Assembly: GCA_963832055.1 (NCBI GenBank)
Contig: CAWHST010000001.1
Coordinates: 2,183-66,182 of the forward strand
Direction: 5' to 3'
From: an uncultured Gemmatimonadales bacterium
GTDB taxonomy: Bacteria; Gemmatimonadota; Gemmatimonadetes; Gemmatimonadales; GWC2-71-9
Length of the DNA: 64,000 bases
Below, piece by piece: positions 24,410-34,040 of the stretch. Made by a program: the position numbers and the translations under genes. The first letter of the stretch is position 1; each line of letters opens with the position of its first letter. Below the pieces are notes generated by a model, which saw only the letters and a list, made by a program, of their open reading frames with translations, was not told where the DNA came from and did no database searches.

Positions 24410-24526
24410 AAGGATCTCCCGCTGGTTGACGTGAAAGCAACCGGGGGTTGGAGAGACACCAACACCCTTCTCACGTGCTACCAGCAGACCGATGAGGCGT
24501 CGATGCTCCGCGTGATGAATGCTCCC
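24410..24526 (+). pseudogene. Tyrosine-integrase C-terminal remnant
   Basis: KDLPLVDVKATGGWRDTNTLLTCYQQTDEASMLRVM, the same peptide as the remnant at 39278-39457. Confidence 0.8.
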
Positions 24527-24555
24527 AGTAACAGCGTGCTCGGCGGCTTCCCCTT

Positions 24556-25756
24556 TTATCTTTTGAACCGCGCCGCTTCCTCCGAGCCGCCGGTGACGTC
24601 GCCAGCGCTGTACGAATGCGCCCCGGCCCCGGCAAGCTTGCCGCCGGCGACAATCAGGTATTCCTCGCGAATGGGGCGGCCCTCGAACCAGCACTCCAGA
24701 ATCTCGCGCACTCCGGCCGCGTAGCGCGCTTGGGCCGACAGGCTCGTACCGGACATATGCGGCGTCATCCCGTGGTGCGGCATGGTCCGCCAGGGATGAT
24801 CCTTCGGGGCCGGCTGCGGAAACCAGACGTCGCCCGCGTATCCGGCGAGCTGCCCGCTCTCGAGCGCCCGCACGACCGCGTCGCGGTCGCAGATCTTGCC
24901 CCGCGCCGTGTTCACGATGTAGGCGCCCCGCTTCATCTTGGCGATGAGCGCGTCATTGAACAGATGCTCGGTCTCCGGATGCAGCGGGGCATTGATCGTG
25001 ACCACATCGCAGACCCGCACCAGCGACTCGGCGGTCGGGTGGAAGGTCAGCGCTCAGCTCTTGCTCGACCGCGTCCGGCAGCCGATGCCGATCGGTGTAG
25101 TGCAGCTTGACGTCGAAGGGCTTGAGCCGTCGCAGCACCGCCGTGCCGATGCGTCCGGCGGCGACGGTGCCGACCGCCATCCCTTCCAGGTCGTAGGAGC
25201 GGGACACGCAGTCGGCGATGTTCCAGCCGCCCTCGACGACCCACTGATACGACGGGATGTAGTTGCGCACCAGCGCCAGGATCATCATCACGACATGCTC
25301 GGATACGCTGATGCTGTTGCAATAGGTGACTTCGGCGACCGTAATCCCGCGCTCGATGGCGGCCTGCAGATCGACGTGATCCGAGCCGATCCCCGCCGTG
25401 ATCGCGAGCTTCAGCTTCGGTGCCTTGGCGATCCGCTCCGCGGTCAGGTAGGCGGGCCAGAACGGCTGCGAGATCACGATCTCGGCATCCGGCAGCTCTC
25501 GCTCGAAGACCGAGTTCGGGCCGTCCTTGTCGGCGGTCACGACCAGCGTGTGGCCCTGTGCTTCGAGAAACTTGCGCAGCCCGAGTTCGCCGGAGACGCA
25601 GCCGAGCAGTTGCCCCGGCTTGAAGTCGATGGCTTTGGGCGTCGGGAGCGTCTGGCCGCCAGGATAGCGTTCAAGCTTCGGGATGTCGTCGCGTGCGTAG
25701 GATTTCGGATACCCCGTCACAGGATCGTCGTAGAGCACACAGAGGACTTTTGCCAT
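24556..25756 (-). CDS. fdh: NAD-dependent formate dehydrogenase (frameshift near 25050)
   Basis: [48 protein letters not shown]. Confidence 0.93.
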
Positions 25757-26002
25757 TGCCAAGCCCTCCAATGGGGAGTGTGAGAGCCGAGTTGATCGGC
25801 GGCCCGCCGCCCGGCCGGCGATGTGCCACCGCCCTGAGAGGATAGCCTCGATCCGCTCGAGCAACCTGTCGATGGCCGTGGAGACAAGCTGCCCGATTCG
25901 GTGGGGCCACACAACGCGCCGGTCCGCCGCTCGCCGCCGGGGCCGCGATGGGTCCGCCGCACCGCGCCCAATTCCCCGGCCTGACTACGGTGGCGCGGTT
26001 CG

Positions 26003-26266
26003 CTACCTCTTCGGCGCCCCCGGCGCATTGTCACTTGTGAACACGTCGCGGTTCTTCGCGGTGTACGACGCCCAGTTGGGCGGGACCTCCTCCTCGTCGA
26101 AGATCGCCGTCACTGGGCACTCGGGCACGCACGCCCCGCAGTCGATGCACTCGTCGGGATGGATGTAGAGCTGGTCTTCCCCTTCGTAGATGCAGTCCAC
26201 CGGACAGACATCCACGCAAGAACGGTCTTTGACACCGATACAGGGTTCCGCGATCACGTACGTCAT
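26003..26266 (-). CDS. 7Fe/8Fe-type ferredoxin
   Basis: [26 protein letters not shown]...[13 protein letters not shown]. Confidence 0.9.
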   Translation of the reverse strand: MTYVIAEPCIGVKDRSCVDVCPVDCIYEGEDQLYIHPDECIDCGACVPECPVTAIFDEEEVPPNWASYTAKNRDVFTSDNAPGAPKR

Positions 26267-26324
26267 GGGCGGGGGGACCCGGTTGCGGCGAGGAGCACGA
26301 GCACCCCGGCCAACCAAATCGCTT

Positions 26325-26729
26325 TCAGGCCGCTCCTCCTTCACAATCCAGTGCCTGGCCGTCCAGCACCCGAACGTGCCAACCGCAAGGGGGCGTGTCG
26401 ACCAAGCGCGAGGCGTGTTTGGGGCAACTCAAGGGTTCTTTGGCGGTCAGCGCTCCGTTCGGGGCGATGCTCAGAGTGTGGTGCGTCGCATCGTGGCGAA
26501 CGACGAGCGCCAGGCCGCAATGGGGACAGGCAAAAAAGTAGCCGGGCGACCAGCCAACTTCGGCGCTGGCCAACTCAAGCGTGCAGCGCACGCCCAGGTA
26601 GTCAAACCAGGCTTCCTTCGGCCATTCCACCCGATCTCCTTGAACCGCCGGGTGCCCAACGCGTGCGAAGTATGATGGCATGGGTTGTTTCCCCCAACAT
26701 TCCCTCCAATGGCCTGCCCCGGTCTCCAT
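26325..26729 (-). CDS. Hypothetical Cys-containing small protein (start uncertain)
   Basis: FACPHCG...LSCP...CGWHV; 3' end carries GGAGG just upstream of the ferredoxin region. Confidence 0.5.
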   Translation of the reverse strand: METGAGHWRECWGKQPMPSYFARVGHPAVQGDRVEWPKEAWFDYLGVRCTLELASAEVGWSPGYFFACPHCGLALVVRHDATHHTLSIAPNGALTAKEPLSCPKHASRLVDTPPCGWHVRVLDGQALDCEGGAA

Positions 26730-27005
26730 GCGCCAGCGGCCATGGCCGGCCGTAGCCGGGCAGTCGTACTGTTGACGGGACGAGAATCCGTGGGGAGGGC
26801 CGACTAACCGGCGGTGCGCGGGTTCAGGCCGAGGGCGGATAACCTAAGCGACTGCCCGGCGGGAGAGCATGGAAGGTGGCGCATGGATCACCGTAAGTCC
26901 TAATATACCATCGTGCGACCAAGGGCGCTACGAAGCGGCGTATGTCCCGCAGCCGTGCAGCGTCTGCGGGCGGGACTTCCAGCCGTCTAGCGCACCGACA
27001 GAGGT

Positions 27006-27365
27006 TTGACACTGACAAAAGGGGGACCAGGGATGCGGCGAGGCCGACGGGATCCGGAGTCGGTGATGCCGGGGGAGACACTGGACTTCTGGCGGGTCGA
27101 AGCAGTGGAGCCCGGGCGGCTGCTCAGACTCGCGGCCGAAATGCGGATTCCGGGGCGGGCATGGCTTCAGTTCGAGGTGACGCCGGCGGACGGGGGCAGT
27201 CTCATCCGGCAGACCGCGCTCTTCGATCCCGTCGGGGTCGGGGGTCTGTTCTATTGGTATGGGCTGTGGGGGATTCATCAGATGGTGTTCGCCGGGATGC
27301 TGCGCAACATCGCTCGCGCTGCGACAACGGCGGACGTGAGGGCGCCGTGCGAGCGGACGCCGTGA
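27006..27365 (+). pseudogene. C-terminal DUF2867 fragment of a YbjT-like SDR protein
   Basis: LDFWRVEAVEPGRLLRLAAEMRIPGRAWLQF, nearly the same as the C-terminus of 45775-47266; N-terminus missing. Confidence 0.8.
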
Positions 27366-28467
27366 CGCCCCCACGCCCGGCGGAATCTCCCGCCCTCGAA
27401 GACAAAGCGTTCCTGGTTCTGCTCGTCGCGGTATCGCTCGCCTTCGCCTGGATCCTCTGGCCGTTCTTCGGGGCGGTGCTCTGGGGGGTGATCCTCGCGA
27501 TCGTCTTCGCGCCGCTCTACCGGCGACTGCTGCGGTCCATGCGGCAGCGGCGCACGCTCGCCGCGCTCGCCACGCTGGTGATCATCCTGGTGCTGGTGAT
27601 TCTGCCGCTGACGCTGGTCACGGCCTTGCTGGTGCAGGAAGGGGTCGGCGTGTACGAACGCATCCAGTCGGGAGAGTTCGACATCGGCCGGTATTTTCAG
27701 CAGACCTTCAACGCGCTGCCCGGATGGGTCACCGAGCCTGCTGGACCGCTTCGGGCTGACGAACCTGGGCCTGGTGCAGGAGAGGCTGTCGGCCGCACTG
27801 AGGAAGAGCAGCCAGTTCCTTGCGGGACAGGCGCTGAACCTCGGCCAGAACACGCTGAACTTCGTTCTCAGCTTGTTCGTCATGCTCTACCTGCTGTTCT
27901 TTCTGCTGCGCGACGGTGACGCACTGGTCGAGCGTATCAGGGCGGCGATTCCGTTGCACCCGGAGCAACTGCGCACGCTCGCCAGCCGGTTCACCGGCGT
28001 CATCCGTGCCACGGTCAAAGGCACCCTCGTCGTCGCCGTCGTGCAAGGCGCGCTCGGAGGTCTGATCTTCTGGCTCCTGGGGATCCACGCGCCGGCTGCT
28101 CTGGGCGGCATTGATGGCCCTGCTGTCCCTGCTGCCCGCGGTGGGAACCGCGCTGGTCTGGCTGCCGGTCGCCATCTACTTCCTGGCGACCGGTGCGACC
28201 TGGCAGGGCATCGTGCTGACCGCGTACGGTGTGCTCGTCATCGGCCTGGTGGACAACGTGCTGCGCCCGATCCTGGTCGGCAAGGATACGAGGATGCCCG
28301 ACTACGTCGTGCTGATCTCCACGCTGGGCGGCATAGCAATCTTCGGCATCAACGGCTTCGTCATCGGGCCGGTGATCGCGGCGATGTTCATCGCGGTGTG
28401 GGGCATGTTCTCGGCGTCGAGGCCCGGGTTCAGGCCAGCCTCCGACATCGGCGTGCGGGAGGAGTAG
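27362..28467 (+). CDS. AI-2E family transporter (frameshifted)
   Basis: FFLLRDG, QGALGG, LPAVGTALVW, VDNVLRPILVG, GFVIGPVI. Confidence 0.88.
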
Positions 28468-28514
28468 CCGAACAGGCACGCAGCCTTCATGGAACCGACG
28501 GGGCGTTGAGCACA

Positions 28515-29882
28515 ATGAGCTTTCTCGGCTGGATGGCCCTCGGCGGCCTCGTGCTGCTGCTCATGGCACTCTCCTCCGCTTATCTGCGGAACCTCCCGAT
28601 CTCGACCTCGGCCATCTACCTGGCGCTGGGCGTAGCCATCGGTCCGCTCGGCTTCGGGTGGCTACGCATCGACCTGCGCGAGGCGGGGCCGTGGTTCGAG
28701 CGGCTCACGGAGGTCGCGGTGATCGTAGCGCTCTTCGTGGGTGGGCTCAAGCTACGGCTGCCGTTGCGGCACCCCGCCTGGGTCGCGGCCTACCGTCTCG
28801 CCGGGCCGGTCATGCTGGCGAGCATCCTTGGCGTGGCGCTGGGTGCCCACCTGCTGCTCGGTCTGGATCCGGCGATGGCCCTGCTAGCGGGCGCGGTGCT
28901 CGCCCCGACCGACCCGGTGCTGGCCAGCATGGTAAAGGTGGATAGCGCCACCGACCACGACCGGATGCGCTACGGACTATCGGGCGAAGCCGGGCTGAAC
29001 GACGGCGCGGCGTTTCCCTTCGTAGTCCTCGCCCTGCTCTGGGCGGAGCACGGTGGCCCAGGCGGCTGGATCGGCGAATGGGTGCTGGGGCGCGTAGTGT
29101 GGGCGGTGCCCGCCGGTCTGCTCCTGGGCTTCGGGCTCGGCCGCGCGGTGGGGCGACTCGCCATCTGGCTCCGCAGCCTGCAGCAGGACACCGGCGCGCC
29201 GAGCGACTTCCTGGCGCTCGCCCTCATCGCGCTCTCCTATGTCGGCGCCGAAACCATCGGCGCGTGGGGATTCCTGGCGACCTTCGCCGCCGGCGTCGGC
29301 CTGCGCCACGCCGAGCTGCACGTGACCCGGGAGACGCCGCATCCCGAGCAGATACGGAACCCTGCGCCGCTAGTCAGGGATCCCGCGACCGAGGCCTCGT
29401 CGCATCCGCCGGCGGAGGACCTGGTCGGCGCGAGCGTCGAGGCGGAGGAGCTGCGAGAGCCGGCAGTCGCCGCGGGCGTGCTGGTGGCGGAGACGATCTC
29501 GTTCGGTGATACGGTCGAGCGGCTGCTTGAGCTGCTGCTGGTGGTGCTGGTGGGGGTATGCCTCGCGACCCATTGGGACCTGCGGGCCGTTCCCCTCGCG
29601 CTCCTGCTCATGCTGGTGATCCGCCCAATCGCGACCCGGCTGCTGCTTATGGGTACGCCGACCACGAACCCCCAGCGCTGGCTCATGGGGTGGTTCGGAA
29701 TTCGCGGAATCGGGAGCCTCTACTACCTGAGCTACGCCCTGAGCCATGGCGTCTCGGGGCCGGCCGCGGCAGAGCTGGCGGGGGTGACGATCTCCGTCGT
29801 TGCGGGCAGTATCCTGCTGCACGGCATCAGCGCACGGCCACTTCTCTCCTGGTACGAGCGAAGGCTATCGGGCCAGCGATAA
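28515..29882 (+). CDS. Cation:proton antiporter (CPA1/NhaP-like)
   Basis: LAPTDPVLA, EAGLNDG, GWFGIRGIGS, SILLHGIS. Confidence 0.9.
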   Translation: MSFLGWMALGGLVLLLMALSSAYLRNLPISTSAIYLALGVAIGPLGFGWLRIDLREAGPWFERLTEVAVIVALFVGGLKLRLPLRHPAWVAAYRLAGPVMLASILGVALGAHLLLGLDPAMALLAGAVLAPTDPVLASMVKVDSATDHDRMRYGLSGEAGLNDGAAFPFVVLALLWAEHGGPGGWIGEWVLGRVVWAVPAGLLLGFGLGRAVGRLAIWLRSLQQDTGAPSDFLALALIALSYVGAETIGAWGFLATFAAGVGLRHAELHVTRETPHPEQIRNPAPLVRDPATEASSHPPAEDLVGASVEAEELREPAVAAGVLVAETISFGDTVERLLELLLVVLVGVCLATHWDLRAVPLALLLMLVIRPIATRLLLMGTPTTNPQRWLMGWFGIRGIGSLYYLSYALSHGVSGPAAAELAGVTISVVAGSILLHGISARPLLSWYERRLSGQR

Positions 29883-30279
29883 GTGATACGCCAACCGTGC
29901 GGAAGCACCTCCGCCGAACGATGTCGCCGCAGCCGGTCCGGCCGCTGACGTGCATCGGCTCCCCAAGATCTAGCCCGTCACCTGTGCCGCTGCGAATCGG
30001 TCGCTCAGGCGCCCGCGGGGGCCGGCCCAAGTGGACCTCCTGCGGCGTCCCCCCGTAAAGGTGAAGTGTTCGGCGGAGGGGGCGCGAGGCGCCGCAGCGT
30101 CATCTTGACAGGCCCGGTCACCTCAGGCATATCACCGGACGTCGCAGGGATTTGAGAGGCGCCATCTTGGCTCGGTGTCGAAGTCTCGGGATTTGGGGAA
30201 CTTGCATGGGCGAATAATGGGAAGTGGGGAGGCAAGGATGCAGTCCAATTGAAAGTTAAGCGGACGCGACGGAGATCAC

Positions 30280-31098
30280 TTGACTACTAGCTATGCGACG
30301 CGGCTCCAGGGGCATCTGGCAGGATACAGGCGGAGCCGGCTTGGTGTCCGCCAGGACGGCCTGTGGGTCAAGAATGGGAAAGCTTATCCACATATTCTGC
30401 CCCGCAAACTACGCTGACTCAATATTACAGAGACCATCCGTAAGGAATTCTGGAGTTACCGGCGTGACGAGCGTCTTCAGCTCCATCGCGACTTCCACCA
30501 CCTGACCTCCTCGCAGGCATTGGCGTTTAATCTCTTCTTCCCATTCTTCGGTCTTCGGGGCAATCAGTCGCCGCCGTTGCTTCAGGCGCTGGACCTGCCA
30601 ACCAGCGCAATCGAGGGCTGGGAATTCGAGAAGGTGCTGGATCGCTCTGAGGGCACGAACTTTGACTTCCACCTCTCGCTCACCGGTGGCCGTCAAGTCT
30701 ATTTCGAAGTGAAGTTGTGCGAACGTGGCTTTGGCAAGGCGAAGGCTGACGAACGTCACCTAAAGAAGCTCGACGAAATATATCGCGAGCGACTAATGGG
30801 CAAGGTGGGAGCCGATAGCCTGGCCGAAAAGATCTTCTTCCGGAATTACCAGCTGCTCCGCAACATCTCGTATCTATCCCTCGACTCTGAACATCAACTG
30901 ATCCTCATCTGTCCACAGGCAAACAAGGCACTCGAGGCCGGGCTAAAATTTTTAGAAGGTGCGCTGACCGACAAGATGCGTGGTGCGGTACGTGTCGTGT
31001 ATCTGGAACCGTTGTTAGCTGAGCTCCGGTCCCACTCAGGATTGGAAGCCCGAATTAAAACTCATGCCGAGCTGCTCGAAGAGAAGTACGTGATCTAG
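30280..31098 (+). pseudogene. PGN_0703-like putative restriction endonuclease (PD-(D/E)xK fold), in-frame TGA at 30415
   Basis: GGAGA RBS then TTG. YPHILP...HRDFHHLTSSQALAFNLF, TNFD, FEVKLCE, NYQLLRN. GTTAAGC at 30255-30261 precedes it. Confidence 0.7.
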
Positions 31099-31105
31099 TG
31101 CCAAT

Positions 31106-31138
31106 GCGCCCCTGCAGCTGATGCGTAAATCGTTAGGC
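31106..31138 (+). mobile_element. 3' half of an attC site (L' and R')
   Basis: gcgcccctGCAGCTGATGCGtaaatcGTTAGGC, a typical attC right arm. Confidence 0.7.
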
Positions 31139-31154
31139 AGCACCACAGACATCA

Positions 31155-32183
31155 ATGCCAGGCCGACTACCATTGCTGCGCGCCGATAAGCACGCTTGCG
31201 AATCCCCACACGTCGTGATAATCGGCGCGGGGGCGAGCCGGGCTGCTTGCCCAACAGGGGATGCAAACGGGCGCCCGCTTCCAGTAATGGCAGATTTGGT
31301 CGAGTTGGCGGGCCTGAAGGGTCTATTGCAGGAGGCCGGCGTCAGCTATGCCCCCGGGGAGAATTTCGAGATCATCTACGAACGTATCTCTGCCGACCCG
31401 GACAAATCGAATCTAGCCCGCACCGTCGAGGCACAGATCCGAGACTACTTTTCCGCCATCGTAATCCCGGATCGGGCAACATTGTATGACAAACTCCTTC
31501 TGTCACTGCGAGAAAAGGACTACATTGGCAGCTTCAACTGGGATCCGCTCCTCGCACAGGCCTACAAGCGCAATCGCCACCTGCGGGAGTTGCCGCACAT
31601 TCTCTTTCTTCATGGTAACGTAGATGCTGGTGCCTGCGTTGAACACCGCCAGAGGGGGTTCCTCGAACACTCGTGCCCGCAATGTAGGCGGCCCCTTGAT
31701 CCCGTCCCGCTTCTCTATCCCATCGGGGTCAAGAACTATGAGAGCAATCCGTTCATTCGCAACGAGTGGGCTGAACTGCGGGCGGCAATCGAGGATGCTT
31801 ACATCCTGACGATATACGGTTACGCTGCTCCTGCCTCTGACATGGCGGCCAAGGAGATAATGCTCGCAGCCTGGAAAGCTAACCAGTCCCTCGAGCTCGC
31901 GGAGATCGACATTGTCGACATCAAGCCACGGGCTGAGGTGGAGGCAACCTGGCGACCGTTCTTTGTGCGCACGCACTACGGAGTGTCCACGACAGCTTCG
32001 TGGCTCTTTCAGCACGCACGGCGATCGTGTGACCATTTCGCGATGGCGACCCTTCAATAGCGGCCCTGCAGGGAGACCCCGCTTCCCACTACTGACGAAC
32101 TAGGCACCCTCCACGAGTGGGCGGCGCCCTTGATTGCTCAGGAGATTGCGCTTCGAGACGACGGCACCCCATTCCCCTGCTGA
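31155..32183 (+). pseudogene. SIR2-like (Rossmann) domain protein, in-frame TAG at 32058
   Basis: HVVIIGAGASRA, SFNWD, FLHGNV, CPQC, YGYAAP. The frame continues 40 codons past the TAG to TGA at 32181-32183. Confidence 0.7.
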
Positions 32184-32193
32184 CCAGGTTGCC

Positions 32194-32214
32194 GCCTAAC
32201 CCGCGCACGCAGCC
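32194..32214 (+). mobile_element. 5' half of an attC site (R'' and L'')
   Basis: GCCTAAC-ccgcgcac-GCAGCC 11 bp after the SIR2-like stop; GCCTAAC complements the upstream GTTAGGC. Confidence 0.65.
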
Positions 32215-32253
32215 ACAGCGGTCAACACACCACCAACTCGTCGCGGGCTCAAG

Positions 32254-33051
32254 ATGGAATTCAAAACCCAGGCGTTCACGATCTCGGATCTGTACAATTG
32301 GTACAAAGCGGGAGAACTTTTCCTCCAGCCGAAATTCCAGAGACGAAAAGTGTGGAGGCCCGCTGCTAAGTCATACCTCATCGATACAGTGGTCCGAGGC
32401 TTGCCGATGCCAAAGATCTACTATCGAATGCAAGTCGACCCTACCTCGATCAAATCGGTAAGAGAAGTTGTTGATGGCCAACAGCGCCTGGACGCCATCT
32501 TTGGATATATAGACGACGCCTTCGCCGTATCGCGGACTCAGAGCAGTTTGATTGGAGGGAAGCGCTTCTCTGGTCTACAGGATGCTCTGCGCCAGAAGAT
32601 TCTCTCCTACGATATATCCGCTGACCTACTCATCGGGGCGGATGATGCTCAGGTTCTGCAAATCTTCGCGCGGATTAACTCATATAGCATAACCCTGAAC
32701 GCTCAGGAAAAGCGAAACGCCAAGTTCTTCGGACTCTTCAAGCAACTCGCATACGAACTTGGCAGCTCACACGTTGCGTTTTGGACAAACAGCCGGATTC
32801 TCAGCGACCAGAACGTCGCTCGTATGGCCGACGCCGAACTCGTGTCGGAGTTACTTGTTGGGATCATGGCAGGTCTGCAGGATAAGAAGAAGTCTCTTGA
32901 CCGTTTTTACGAACTTCACGAAGACAGTTTTCAGGAAGAGCGTCAAACAAGGCTTCGCTTTGAGAAGACCCTGAGTTGGCTCTCAGATAATGCCATGGAG
33001 GCCACCAAGAACACGATATTTCGGCGGAGAGCACGATGGTCAAAGCGTTAG
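32254..33051 (+). pseudogene. DUF262 (ParB/Srx-like, GmrSD N-terminal) protein, 3'-truncated
   Basis: QPKFQRRKVW, DGQQRL, FARIN, LNAQEKRNA; runs into a helicase fragment on the opposite strand. Confidence 0.85.
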
Positions 33052-33142
33052 AGCCGTGCCAGTCCAAGCTGATGACGGTGACCACTGCGTCCGGAAGGAT
33101 GCCACGGACCGCAGCGTCGGGTTGGAGGTCGTCCAATTTCAA
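33033..33142 (-). pseudogene. N-terminal stub of an SNF2-type helicase
   Basis: LKLDDLQPDAAVRGILPDAVVTVISLDWHGSNALT resembles the N-terminus of SNF2/DUF3883 helicases. Confidence 0.55.
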
Positions 33143-33426
33143 TGGGAGTAGCCTGCGCGCTGCTGTTGTGGGCTTCCGGAAGGCTTCATCGGTTGGGCTT
33201 TCTGTGGGAGTGCTGTTACGGACAACATCACGAGCTCTGCACCGGCAATGTCGCGTATCACGCGACAATGACCTACGAGCGGCCAGGCTACCCTGCCAGG
33301 AGGACGATGCGGTTGGTCTCAGGATGCTCTGGGAAGCTTGAACGTCCATCCTCAGGTGGGCACGCGCGATCTGGCCATTCATACTAGCTCACCCCGGTGA
33401 CAACCGCGACGATCCAGGGCTGGCCC

Positions 33427-33450
33427 AGCGGCACACAAAGCGGCACACAA
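33427..33450 (+). repeat. Perfect tandem 12-mer AGCGGCACACAA x2 (arm-type site candidate)
   Basis: Lies about 65 bp from the att, in the same relative position as the repeats at 15021 and 39470. Confidence 0.65.
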
Positions 33451-33476
33451 CTCAGCAGATTGCGTCAAGAAATGAC

Positions 33477-33511
33477 GAAGCGGCGTAGGCACCAATTGCT
33501 TACGCCGCTTC
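33477..33511. terminator. Hairpin next to the att
   Basis: GAAGCGGCGTA / TACGCCGCTTC 11-bp stem. Confidence 0.6.
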
Positions 33512-33514
33512 GAG

Positions 33515-33558
33515 TTGCCCCTCCTGGGCTCGAACCAGGACTCTCCTGATCCAGAGTC
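33515..33558 (-). mobile_element. att site: perfect 44-bp copy of the tRNA-Gln 3' end
   Basis: Identical to 39543-39586 and extends through the anticodon loop. Confidence 0.95.
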
Positions 33559-33632
33559 CTGTCGCCCAGACAGACATTTCCGACAACTTGTTGGGAATCG
33601 GCCACTTCCCGAGCATCGGTGCCCGCTTCCCG

Positions 33633-33682
33633 GCCGTAGTTTGCCCGCTCGTGCCCGGAGAAACTACGGCAAAACTACGGCA
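33633..33682. repeat. AAACTACGGCA x2 plus one inverted copy (arm-type sites)
   Basis: 33661-33682 is identical to 39470-39491; GCCGTAGTTT at 33633-33642. Confidence 0.8.
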
Positions 33683-34040
33683 CCCTCGGCGGTAGCCCAC
33701 CACGCCGGTGCCTCCTAGATACCCTTGGAGAGCACTGGACTCCCGACACCAGCGCCATGGAGAACAGGTACCACCGGCTTACCACACGCTTTCACCGCCC
33801 CTCATAGGTCTGAAGGGTAGAGAGATAATCCGGAAAAGTGTCGGTACGTTCAACCAGCCTTCGAACGCTCGTGGGATGGAGATAAGGAGCCGGTACCTCA
33901 CGTTTCCGCCTAAGCCGATACGCCGGCATCTCTTGCTAGCATTCGCCGGTCTTACACGGCACATTCCACTCGTCCCCATCGGCTTTGTGATCGCGGTCGA
34001 CTCGCCCTTAGCCAGAGCGGTCGCCTCCCCGAGCCATGTC

